NCBI RefSeq assembly: GCF_004010195.1
Contig: NC_057750.1
Location: 19,198,229 to 19,262,228, forward strand
DNA: 64,000 nt
Direction of reading: 5' to 3'
Source of the DNA: Chiloscyllium plagiosum
Lineage: Eukaryota
Part shown: piece by piece, positions 38,499-50,433 of the stretch
How the letters are laid out: every line of letters starts with the position of its first letter
Position numbering within the stretch: position 1 is the stretch's first letter
Notes under the pieces: generated by a model
Seen by the model: only the letters and a program-made list of their open reading frames with translations
Databases searched by the model: none
Told to the model about the DNA's origin: nothing
Made by a program: the position numbers and the translations under genes

Positions 38499-39003
38499 CC
38501 ATGATGTGGAGGAGCCTGTGTTGGACTGGGGTGTACAAAGTTAAAAATCACACAGCACCAGGTTATAGTGCAACAGGTTGATTTGGAAGCACTAGCTTTC
38601 GGAGCGACGCTCCTTCATCAGGTGGTTGTTGAATATAAGATTGTAAGACCCAGAATTTATAGCAAAAGTCTCATACGGGGCAGCTAACATCTTAAGTGCA
38701 CTGTTTGGGCCGACATGACACAAATTGTTAAAGTTCACTTGAGAATGTAATTTGAAAAAAGTTATGCGATTTGCTTATGAAAGAACTGAAACTAACATGT
38801 TCATTCTAAAAGATGCGAGACTTAACAAACAATCCTGCTCTTTTTCAATATATGATTTCAATTACATCACACTGTAAACCTTTGCTATAAATTCTGTGTT
38901 GAATGATTTTATACTCCGCAACCACCTGAAGAAGCAGCGCTCAGAAAGCTAGTGTTTCCAAATAAACCTGTTGGGCTATAACTTGGTGTTGTGTGATTTT
39001 TAA
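38499..39003. mobile_element. Penelope-like family B element with long inverted termini
   Basis: Inverted arms around a central spacer; TSD cactgttcagg at 38488-38498 and 39004-39014. Confidence 0.8.
38590..38624 (-). ncRNA. Minimal type I hammerhead ribozyme motif (Penelope family B)
   Basis: Minus strand reads cac-CUGAUGA-A-GGAGC-guc-GCUCC-GAAA-GCUA-gug: core boxes, 5-bp stem II, cac/gug stem I, palindromic AGCU stem III and an NUH site. Confidence 0.7.
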
Positions 39004-39316
39004 CACTGTTCAGGTCAGTCATCCCAATGATGGTTTCCATTAATTTGTCTTTTAAAAGAGCTGAAGATTCTGGCACCATCCCAAAGTGTGTACTATGGGA
39101 GTTTGCACATTAGGTCACACACATGTGGTAAATGACAGCTGTCCGGATTCCCACAAAGAAAATTCATAAATGAAAATGCCTTAAAGGGTAGTAGAGATGG
39201 GAACCATTACAACATTTAAGAAATATTTTGATGATCACCTGAAATGCTTTGGGCTACAGACCAAGTGCTGGAAAGTGGGACTAGACTAGATAGGTGCTTC
39301 CAAGGAGCAGGAAGTT

Positions 39317-39344
39317 GACGTTTCGAGCATAAGCTCTTCATCAG
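39317..39344 (-). ncRNA. Minimal hammerhead ribozyme motif (Penelope family A variant)
   Basis: Minus strand reads CUGAUGA-A-GAGC-uuau-GCUC-GAAAC-GUC, inside a short insertion 39301-39406 with an imperfect TSD (tagataggtgcttc / tagagaggtgcttc). Confidence 0.6.
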
Positions 39345-39469
39345 GAATGAATGAGCACCACACTTTTTGACTCTGATCTCCAGCATCTGCAGTCTTCACG
39401 TTCTCCTAGAGAGGTGCTTCATGACCAGTGCAGATATGATGGGCAGAAGAGCATCATTCCAAGAATTTA

Positions 39470-39725
39470 TCATAGCATCCCTACAGTGTGGAAACAGGCC
39501 CTTTGGCCCAATAAGTCAACACTGACCCTCCGAAGAGTAACCCAGCCAGACACATCCCCCTACCCTATCACTTAATATTTCCCCTGACTAATGCACCTAG
39601 CCTACACATCCCTGAACACTATGGGCAATTTAGCACAGCCAATTCACCTAACCTGCACATCTTTGGACTGTGGGAAGAAACCGGAGCATCCGGAGGAAAC
39701 CCGTGCAGACATGGGGAGAACGTGA
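39470..39725 (-). mobile_element. HE1/V-SINE (5' truncated)
   Basis: Matches the other HE1 copies. Confidence 0.8.
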
Positions 39726-39743
39726 CAGAGACAGAGACTATAA

Positions 39744-40795
39744 TATAGAGATTGCAATGAGGTCGGCCAACTGGACCTCATAGAACATGGGTTCCCTGAT
39801 TGTGTCTGTCAAGCCCTGACTTAAGTAAAAAGGTCGAATGTTACTCTGGTGCCTGATTCTTTGTGAGGCAGCACTTTAATCAAGAACTGTTAATGTGTAA
39901 ATAAAGCGTGGTTTGGTGATGTGATACTGACCCCTGTGGAGTTATTTAACCTGCACCAAGAATAAAGCATGATCCTGAAGAAACTTACTCACAATAGTCG
40001 CTTTTGAGTTGGGGGTAAGCATTTTCTCCTGGCTTGCCTTTGATTGGGAAGCTTGAATTAATTGCCCCCTGCCCACTATGTGGAAAGAATGTATTTTTTC
40101 CAGGCTGACATGGTGGCAGACAGAAAATGAATAATCTTCCTGACAGCTTGTGCAACTACAACTCTTTCTGTCATTCCAAGTCCAACCTTCCCAGAAACTC
40201 CCGCCTCAGGCGACTGACTGTGTGGAGTTTGCACATTCTCCTCGTGTCTGCATGGGTTTCCTCCGGGTGCTCCGGTTTCCTCCCACAGTCCAAAGATGTG
40301 CAGGTCAGGTGAATTGGCCATGCTATGGGTGGGTTGCGCTTCGGCGGGTCAGTGTGGACTTGTTGGGCCGAAGGGCCTGTTTCCACACTGTAAGTAATCT
40401 AATCTAAAATCATTAAGAACTGACTGACAAAATTAAGGAATATCGTGACCCCAAGCCTCCTTAAATTCTGAGACATTCTCGCTTTTACTTGGCAGTTTGA
40501 GAACCAGGGGAATCCATATCAGGGTTTTTGACTGGGTTAAGACAACTGCCTGTGAATTTGGTTTATTCCTTAATGAGAGATACTGGTTTGTGAAGTTCCT
40601 AATGTAACCATGCAAAAATTCCTGCTAGTCCAAATGGACTTCCAACAGGTGCTACAACTGGCTTTATCATTGGAAAATGCGACACGTGGAGCATATGGAT
40701 TGTAATGTATCCCGATGAAAGTGAACACCCTTACTGGTCTGATTGAGCTTGGGGAACACCATTTGAGTGCAGGCAATTGCATAGCCTCACTCAGG
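39744..40795 (+). mobile_element. Gypsy 5' LTR plus degenerate gag, interrupted by an HE1 SINE (40197-40407)
   Basis: LTR (about 39744-39948) homologous to 17694-17895; gag-like LIGKLE...YVERMY...LQLALSLEN remnants. Confidence 0.65.
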
Positions 40796-40799
40796 ATGT

Positions 40800-41041
40800 T
40801 CCCCACCCCTATTCACCTATTGTACTCCTTTCTCCATCCCCACCCCATTCACCTATTGTACTCCTTTCTCCATCCCCACTCCAATTCACCTATTGTATTC
40901 TTTTCTCCATCCCCACCCCAATTCACCTATCGTACTCCTTGCTCCATCCCCACCCCAATTCACCTATTGTACTCCTTGCTCCATCCCCACTCTAATTCAC
41001 CTATTGTACTCCTTGCTCCATCCCCACCCCAATTCACCTAT
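40800..41041 (+). repeat. 37-bp minisatellite (at least 6 copies, running into a gap)
   Basis: Unit ccatccccaccccaattcacctattgtactccttgct. Confidence 0.9.
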
Positions 41042-41267
41042 NNNNNNNNNNNNNNNNNNNNNNNNNNNNNNNNNNNNNNNNNNNNNNNNNNNNNNNNNNN
41101 NNNNNNNNNNNNNNNNNNNNNNNNNNNNNNNNNNNNNNNNNNNNNNNNNNNNNNNNNNNNNNNNNNNNNNNNNNNNNNNNNNNNNNNNNNNNNNNNNNNN
41201 NNNNNNNNNNNNNNNNNNNNNNNNNNNNNNNNNNNNNNNNNNNNNNNNNNNNNNNNNNNNNNNNNNN
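41042..41267. other. Assembly gap
   Basis: Run of N. Confidence 1.
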
Positions 41268-41420
41268 TGGAGGCTCCCTTGCTCTATTCCTGAATGAAGG
41301 GTTTTTGCCCGAAACATCGATTTTCTTGCTCCTCAGATGCTGCCTGATCTGCTGTGCTTTTCCAGCACCACTCTAATCTAAACTCTGGTTTCCAGCATCT
41401 GCAGTCCTCACTTTTGCCTA
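41268..41420 (+). mobile_element. Penelope-like family A terminus
   Basis: cctgaatgaagggtttttgcccgaaacatcg...cagtcctcacttttgccta. Confidence 0.8.
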
Positions 41421-41597
41421 GAGGGTCACTCAGTCAGCCCACAGCAAAACTCCAAAACAAAGCCATGTTTCAGTGGAACAGTTAAAATTGTCTTCAGATA
41501 GTCAAATAAACACAGTCAAGGAATAAATGAAAAGAAAAAAAATCAATGAGATATAACTGGCCAGTTCACTTAAAACTCCAAAATCATAACATCACAG

Positions 41598-41970
41598 GTC
41601 ATAGAGTCATAGAGTCATGGAGATGTACAGCACGGAAACAGACCCTTCGGTCCAACTCATCCATGCCGACTAGATATCCCAACTCAATCTCATCCTACTT
41701 GCCAGCACCCGGCCCATATCCCTCCAAACCCTTCTTATTCATGTACCCATCCAGATGCCTTTTAAATATTGCAATTGTACCAACCTCCATCACTTCCTCT
41801 GGCAGCTCATTCCATACACATGCCACCCTCTGCGTGAAAAAGTTGCTTCTTAGGTCTCTTCTATATCTTTCCCCTCTCACCCTAAACCTTTGCTCTCTAG
41901 CTCTGGACTCCCCCACCCCAGGGAAGAGACTTTATCTATTTATCCTATCCATGCTCCTCATGATTTTACA
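41598..41970 (-). mobile_element. CR1 LINE 3' end
   Basis: RVRGERYRRDLRSNFFTQRV...FKRHLDGYMN with a (gtcataga)n tail. Confidence 0.85.
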
Positions 41971-44680
41971 TTGAATTGTATCTTGCTTGGCTTCTGAGGA
42001 CACCAATTCATGCAAATATTTTCCAGTAGGTTCCAAGGAACATTCACTTAATACTTACGACTGAGGTTCCATTCTGGAACTTTCAATGAGTTGATAACGG
42101 GTGGATCAATGAGTTGATAATGGGTGGACAACCAAGGGACAAGCAAATCTCCACCCCGTAGCTTTTGCAGCCACAATCCTTTTGACTTCAACACAGGTCA
42201 AAACCATTTTTAGAAGGGTTGTTTCCCTTTGAGCCCCCAGTTAATATTCAATATCTACCATTTGTTTGAGCATATGCATCCCCAGCACTGAAAAAGAATC
42301 AACCTGCAATTAACTTCCAGACAAAGCTCAGGAGAAACGTGGTTTCCAAACCAAGGTAATTTTCATGAGGAAGGCTGGCAGAGTTTGGTGAAGTATCAAT
42401 TTTAAGGAGAACACTGAAGGAAGCAGGGGAAGTGGAGAGGGAGAGGGATTGATGAAGAGAATGCACGAGGCTGGCTAAGGCCACAAAAGGAGAACTGCCT
42501 CGTTCACTTTACAAGGTAGTTTTTGAAAGTGAGGCAGCCACAGTACATGGTTTTAGAAGCAGCTTTCAGAATAAACTCAAAGTGAATTCTTGAATAAGCC
42601 TTCACCTGATTTCAACTTTAAGCTGCATTCACCACTTCCTATTTGAGAAGTAGCTTGATCTTTTGTAAACAGTGTTGTACTTGATGTGAATTAGCTCATG
42701 CCCAATTACAGAACCTTTTCTGTATATTGCTCAGTGATACGACTGACTATACAGTAACACTGTTTGCACAGGCTTTCACTATGTGTAGTGTCCCTACCTC
42801 TAAACAAGAAGCCGTGGATTCAGGTCTCATTTGCTCCAGATGCGTGTCATACATATCTGGATACGTTGATTGAAAATATTTACAATTGTCTCTCTTTGAA
42901 GAATAAGTACAAGACTTTATTGCACTTATTCTGTGCGTTGGATTGAATTCTACTTCCTTCCTCCCCTAAAGATGATGACCAAAGTTTTGCCTTTGGCAGC
43001 AGAGATCCCACTCTGGAATTCTTTCCATAAACTTCTCTGCCTTTCCACTTCCATCTCCGGAACTTCACATGACCAGTTTTAATGTGGGACCTAAATGCCA
43101 ATTCCTCCTCTTGGAACAATTTCCGTTTCATGAATAGAGATATATGTTGTCAGCTCCAGCTGTCATATCTCTGGAGAATTTGTCACATGTCTTTCCATCT
43201 GTAAAAACTATGTCCAGTCAAAAAGCATTTATCCAAAACACCAATTACTTCAAGACTAATTTTTAAAAGTGTGCAAATAAAACACACTATTTTCTAATAG
43301 TCTGTTGGTAATTCCCTGATTGCTCATATTAGTGTCCAACAGAAAAAGACTTTCCTTTCAAGAACAGCTTTCACATCTTGGAAAGTCTCAAAGTGTTTTA
43401 CACCCATTAATGTCATTTTGAAGTGTAATCACTGCTGTCATATAGAAATACAAATTCTTACAAAACAGCAATATGATAATCAGCAGTTAGTTTGTTTTTC
43501 TGATGATGTTTGAGGAATAAACGTTGCCCAGGACATCAGGAAAGTTCCCTGTTCTACTTAAGGGAGCTAAAATTCACCAAAGATCCTTAGACAGTGCCTT
43601 TCAAATCCACAACTGCTACCACCTAGAAAGACAAAGGCAGCAGATACATGGCAACAACGCCATCTAGAAGTTCCCCTCCAAGCCTCTCACTACTCTGGCT
43701 TAGAAATATATCTCTATTCCTTCATTGTCATTGGGACAAATGCCTGAAATTTCCTCCCTAGCAACACTGTAATTCTACCTACTGCACATCGACAGCAGTG
43801 GCTCAAGGAGGCAACTCATCATCATGTTCTCAAGGGTACCTAGACATGAGCAATAAATGCTTGCCCATCCCATGAGTGAATTTGTTAAAAAGTCCCTCAA
43901 TGCAGCACATTTACTAAATTTGATTGATGTATATGTAGCACTCCTGGAGTGGAAATAAAAGCCATAATCTTTTGACTCAGAGTAAAGAAGAAATTTATAT
44001 TTGATTCCTGGAGAATCCAGGAAATTTGGTAACTCTACTGAAGGCCCGACGTACAATTCTGGGGCAGTGAGCCAAGCATCATGTTTCTCTGATGTCTCCG
44101 TGAGTTGGGGCAGAGTAACATATCGACTAAGAAGGTAATGACTTCAATGCCAACTCGGCTTTCCTATGTGAACTCCGACCGTTTTAACTACAAGAATTAC
44201 AATTTCAAACCAAACTTGAGCCTTACTCATAATTGGGCTCTGTAATTTTGGGATTCTTGATAGCAATTATTTCCAGATTGTATCTGACCTTCGGCATGCA
44301 TGAGAATTGGCAAGAAAAGTGGGGCCTGGCAGAGCATTTTGGTTCCCAGGCATGAGTTGCGTATGGTCCCCAGCCCTTGCCATTTCAGGCTCAGATGGCT
44401 CAGGATCAATGTTGAGACTCCTCGATCGGGCTTGTGCCTTGGTCAGTACTCCTGTCACGAATACCTCCAGTTGCCCATTCAGAACCAGTGAGACAGAGGT
44501 ACTGCCAGAAATCATGGGAAGCACAAGTCTCATAGCTTGTGGGAAGGCTAGGAATTTGAATTGATGGACAGATAATAGAAATACATTCAAAAACAAGGCA
44601 GAGAATCACACATCACATCAAAAATCAATGTTAATGGCACATAAATATTGAGAACAAGCAAAGCTTCACAAAAGCTTTGT

Positions 44681-44990
44681 GGGTGGCACGGTGGCACAGT
44701 GGTTAGCACTGCTGCCTCACAGCGCCAGAGACCCGGGTTCAATTCCCGCCTCACACTGTCTGTGTGGAGTTTGCACATTCTCCCTGTGTCTGCGTGGGTT
44801 TCCTCCGGGTGCTCCGGTTTCCTCCCAAAGTCCAAAGATGTGCAGGTCAGGTGAATTGGCCATGCTAAATTGCCCGTGGTGTTAGGTAAGGGGTAAATGT
44901 AGGGGTATGGGTGGGTTGCGCTTCGGCGGGTCAGTGTGGACTTGTTAGGCTGAAGGGCCTGTTTCCACGCTGTAATGTAATCTAATCTAA
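44681..44990 (+). mobile_element. HE1/V-SINE (young, CpG retained)
   Basis: Full length with a (taatc)n tail. Confidence 0.9.
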
Positions 44991-47781
44991 TATAAAATTT
45001 ACAACTGACAATAAAACAGAGAAATTTGTTTATAATCAACACACAGTTCAAGTTAATTATGATATGTCTAAGGATGAACTTGCTGACACTCAGGAACATG
45101 TGCACATGTGTCAGGACATCAATAACCAAAACATGTGCTCACAAACACATTTAAAATAACTGTATTAGCCAAATCCTCAAACCTACGAGATATATCAACC
45201 ATTCATACAGTTTTCGATTGATTTATGATCGATTCGTTAATATGATGAAGAATTCTCTTGCCTTCCTTCCTAGCTTGACGTCTGAGTTCACTGAGAAGCG
45301 AATGCAGCTTGGGGTCTCTGCGTGGCGGGTGGAACCATGACCATACCCAGTAAACAGGACTTTTTTTAAGCATGTCTTTGAGCACAGCATCTTCAACTGC
45401 ATCAGTTGGTTTAAGGCCGAATCGAATAGTTTCTTGATTGACAAAGGATGTCAGGGAGGGGATGAATAGGAGAGTAAACACAGTCCTATCAATGGGCACA
45501 GTAGGTTCATGTTCCTGACTCATATATTCGGATGTATGTTTGTAATTAATTGTTAGTAATTAAATAAACCACTTAAATTGAATTAAACCAGTTCAATTAA
45601 ATGCACCATTTATAAACCAGCTTTCAATGAATATTGAACTATGTTTTTTTTAAAAAAACCTCACAATCTTAAGCCAAATCTCTTAATTGTTAAGAGATTC
45701 TCTTACAATTTATGAGAAGGTCAGGTTGACATTACTGCCATCCCTAGTTAGATGCCATCAGTGAATCAGAGATAAGCAGCATAAGAAAGGACGCCAGTTG
45801 GCATCATGTCAGAGGTTACTAATCATTTCCTCTGCTCTTTCCCTTAATCCATGCAAATGTTTTACTTTAATCATTCACAGATTAACACTTCCAACATGTT
45901 TTCATTGCCTGAAAACGTCCAGACTTTGCATCCAATTACCACAGCGTTCAAAATCCTGAGGGCTCTGCAGAAGGAAAGACCACACATTGGTGGAAGAATT
46001 GAGAAACAGAGATCACATTGATCCATACCAAAGCTATGGCACAGATAAAAGCAGTCAGCTCATTGTATCTACACCAGGACAGACTTAAGGTCAAAAAGCA
46101 ATGGCTGCACGTGGAAAACTGTTTGCATGCAGCAAGTGGTTCGAGTTTAAAATGCATCAGCTGAGAGTGCAATGGAGGCAGGATTAAGACTATAAGATAT
46201 CAGAGTAGAATTAGATCAATCAGCCCATTGAATCTGCTCTGCTGTTCGATCATGGCTGATACGTTTCTCAACGCCTTTCAATTAATTGGTACTTTCCGAT
46301 GATTATTGGATAATCATCTGTCAAGGAATAATGTGCAGGGTTACAAGAAAATGTTAAGTGGCACTTGGTGAACTGCACTTTTAGATAGGGGGAGGTGATG
46401 GCCTACTGGTACTACCACTAGTTTGGTAATCCAGTGATCCAGCTAATGTTCCAGGAACCCGGGTTCATATCCCACCACAGCAGTTTGTAGAATTTGAATC
46501 CAATTAAGAATCGAATGATGACCATTATTCATCAGTGAAAGAGCTTGCCCCTGATCTCACCAATCCTAAAGACCATCCTAGCAGTGGGAAGGGGGGAAGT
46601 TTTAACACAACTGAATCCATCCAATGTGTTAACTCTCAGCAGATTCCCCAAGTGTTCCTCTTAGTGATAGCAACTGAGCCAGTCACCTCAACACAGTTTC
46701 AGTTTGAAGTATGAATTCCAGTTACATCCACTTGGACATTACTACAATTCTAATCTCAGACTTGTGTGGGAGTACGAGGGTTCACTCTACTGTTGGAGAC
46801 ATAATTATTCTTCAACCAATGTCAAAAAAAGATTGTCTGGTTCTTACAACATTGCTGTTAATGGAATCCTACTGTGCACATTCAACTGCTGTGTTTCCTA
46901 CTTTAAAGTAATGAGTACACTTGAGACTATTTCATTGGCTGCAAAATGTTTGGGATATCCTGTAAATGGCTATAGATCCACATGAGTTATGTGTGTGCTG
47001 GAATGTTACCCACTTACCTGAATGAATGTTATTTCTACAACACTCACAAAGCTTGACACCATCCAAGAAAAAACAACCTGCTTGATCGACACAAACATCC
47101 ACCAACAGTAGTAGCAATGTCTACCATCCACAGGATGCACTACACAATTTCTCCCAGGCTCTTCAGACAGCACTTTCCAAGCTCACAACCAGTTCCATTG
47201 AGACAGTGAGGAGCAGCACATACATGGGAAAATCACAAGCAAAAGCTCCTCTGCAAGCTATTTATCATCCTGATTTGGAATTAAAATGCTGTTCCTTTAG
47301 TGTCACTGAGCCAAAATCCTCTCAAAATGCACTGAGGGTTTACCTGGGCAAAACAGACTGCAGTGGTTCCACTTGGCAGCTCGTGACTGAGTTCTCTAGG
47401 GCAGTTAGAAATGAGCTAAAAATGCTGATCCAACCAACGATACCCATATCTCATGAAGGAATCAAAACAAAGTCTTTCTTTTTTAAAAGATTACTATTTT
47501 TAACTTGAGATTATCAATTTATTTGGACTAAAAGCAAACTCAGCTTTTAAAATAATGGTATTACAAATGATTTCTATTTAATGAAATAAACCTGTAGAAT
47601 CACACACCCATTATCATTACTCTTTCCACTATCCTAATTGAGCAACATTCTGATGGCTACCTAATCGTCCTGTCTCAAATAATCCCCATTCTGAAATGCA
47701 TTCTGAACCCTCTTTCATATTCATATTAAAATCATGCATTAGATTATGATCCACTGTGAATTAATAATACTTCAAAGCTAT

Positions 47782-47807
47782 GGAGAGAGAGAGAGAGAGA
47801 GAGAGAG
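47782..47807. repeat. (GA)n microsatellite
   Basis: Read directly from the sequence. Confidence 0.95.
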
Positions 47808-48695
47808 AAAGCAGTGATAGATTAAAGACTGATTAAGTTATGTTTATGGGCTATAATACTTGCTGGATTAGGAAGTAATCAGCTTTTTGCAGCATTAATC
47901 TCTAATGCACTCAGGGCCCCATGTGGGCAGAATCCTGAAAGCAGGATGCCGTAATGTTTGATTGGAGCTGTTTAATCTGGAACAGAATTCATTTCCTCCC
48001 TGGCTTTTCTCCCTCATTCACAAGCTGATTGCTCTCCACGGGTTTGCATAGGACAGTATGTTCTGAGATCCCATCCCCTCACTGCGTCTGACTTCATCTG
48101 CAGTTTGAATAAAGTGCGCGGGAAACCTGTTAACATCATTTTCTCAGATGCATTAAATTACTCCATCTCATTCATAATGTGATCAGATATTTAAGGCTGA
48201 CATTACCCACAATAAATGGAAACACATGCATTTTTACAGCCTCTTTCACAATCTCTGAATAAAAAACACTTCACAGCCAATTAAGTTCTTTCGAAATGTA
48301 ATGATCTTCAGTAAAATAAGAAACACAGCAGCCGATTTGTAGATAGAAAGATCCCATAAACAGTGACATAATAAATCATCCGTTTAGGTCAATAAAAACA
48401 GAAAGCGCTGGAGAAACTTAGTAGGTCTAGCACCATCTGTGGAAAGAGAAATAAAGTTAACATTTTGAGTCTGATATGTCTCTACTCTGGAACGCACAGT
48501 TGAAAGTGGTGGGGGTTAGAAAGGAGTGGGCTGTCAAGAGCTATCACTGAAAGCTGCTACTGAAGTATCACGGAAATTATTAGTATGAAAGGAAGCGCTT
48601 TGACATTTTAAATTTGTCTATTAATCATTTCAACTTCACACTGAGTGGCTTGAAGATCTGGGATTATTGAGCGATGTCTGCAAGCTGTTTAAAAA

Positions 48696-49033
48696 ATCAT
48701 AGAATCGCAGAAGCTCTACAATGCAGAAAAATTATTCGGCTCAACAAGTCTGTACTGATCCTCCAAAGACCAGCCCAACCAGTCCCAACTCGCCCTGCGA
48801 TTGTCATGATTAATCCACCTTGCCTGTACATTTCTGAACACTGCAGGGTAATTTAGCATGGGCAATGCACCTAAGTTGCACACCTTTGGACTGTGGGAGG
48901 AAGCCGGAGCACCCGGGTTGGGGGGGGGGGGATCCCACTCAGACACATGGAGAACATGCAAATTCCATGCAGACAGTCTCTTATGGCTGGAATAGAACCC
49001 AAGTCTCTGGTGCTATGAGGCAGCAGGGCTAAC
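48696..49033 (-). mobile_element. HE1/V-SINE (diverged)
   Basis: Matches the other HE1 copies. Confidence 0.75.
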
Positions 49034-49705
49034 AAATGTGATCTTCTGGGCTTTATTAATAAATGTGTAGAGCACAGAAGCAAAATGGCTTTGCTAAGCC
49101 TCTCTAAAATACTGCTTGGGCCTAAGGTGGAATAAACAACTACATGTCAGAGATGCTAGCAAGTCCCTAAAGAGAGTGCAGTATAGGTAAAGTGGAAAGT
49201 TGCAGGGATGTGGGTCTTCAGTAATGCGGAGAAATCAGAGACGCTAGAGGTTTCCTCCCTAAATATGGGAAGGTGAAGAGAAGACTTCATCGAGGTGTGT
49301 CAGATCAAGAAAGGATACAGTGAAGAGAACTGTTTTCAACAGTTGAAGGCTCAAATAACCCTCTTCAGGACAAAGATAAAAGGAAATACTTCCTCTTAAA
49401 TGATTGTATAGCTATGGACCCCTCTCAGAAGGCGGTGGAGAGAGGTTCATTGAAGATTTTTAAGGCAGAGCTAAATAGATTCTTGTTAAAGGAAATCAAT
49501 TGATATGGAGCAAATGGAATACAAACGGTGTATGACATTATTGAATAACAGAGCAGGTTTGAAGTGCTGAATGGTCTTCTTCAGCTCCTAATTCATGTGA
49601 TTGAATGTTGATTGAAAATGATCGGTGAGAGGCAATGTGAGGAAAAGTTTGTTGTTCAGTGAGCTCTGGTCTGGGATGCTACATGAGGAAGTGAAAGCAG
49701 CTTCA

Positions 49706-49976
49706 GGGCGGCACGGTGGCTCAGTGGTTAGCACTGCTGCCTCACAGCACCAGGGTCCCAGGTTCGATTCCAGCCTTGGGTGACTGTCTGTGTGGAGTTT
49801 GCACATTCTCTGTGTGGGTTTCCTCCGGGTGCTCTGGTTTCCTCCCACAATCCAAAGAGGTGCAGGTGAGGTGCATTAGTCAGAGGGAAATGGGTCTGGA
49901 AGGGTTGCTTTTCGAAGGGTCGGTGTAGACTGGTTGGGCCGAAGGGCCTGTTTCCACACTGTAGGGAATCTAATCT
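49706..49976 (+). mobile_element. HE1/V-SINE inserted among old CR1 fragments (about 49045-50310)
   Basis: gggcggcacggtggctcagtggttagcactgc head. Confidence 0.85.
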
Positions 49977-50319
49977 ATAACGCTCAAATGAAAATTAACT
50001 AAATGGTATGAGGAAGTGCAGGTGACTGACAGTAAGTCATAATGCTCATTAGAGAACCATGCAGACATAAAGTCATAGAGCATGGAAACAGACCCTTTGG
50101 TCCAACAAGTCCATGTCGACTATAATCCCATACTAAACTTGGCCCATATCTCTTCAAATATTTCTTTTTCATATACATATCTAAATTTTTTTACATGTTG
50201 TAACTGTACCCGCATCCACCACTTCCTCTGGAAGTTCATTCCATACACCAACCAGTCTCTGGGTAAAAAAAAATTGCATTGCATGTCTTTTTAAAATCTT
50301 TCTGCTCTCTCCTCTGGGG

Positions 50320-50433
50320 TGGAGAGAGGCTCCCAGCCTCTTTCCTGATGAAAAGCTTTTGCCCGAAACATCGATTTTCCTGCTCCTCGGATGCTGCCTG
50401 ACCTGCTGTGCTTTTCCAGCACCACTCTAATCT
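50320..50433 (+). mobile_element. Penelope-like family A terminus
   Basis: cctgatgaaaagcttttgcccgaaacatcg...ccactctaatcta. Confidence 0.75.

Noticed and set aside
40800..41041. CRISPR-like array
   Set aside because: Head-to-tail 37-bp units with no spacers; it is a eukaryotic minisatellite.
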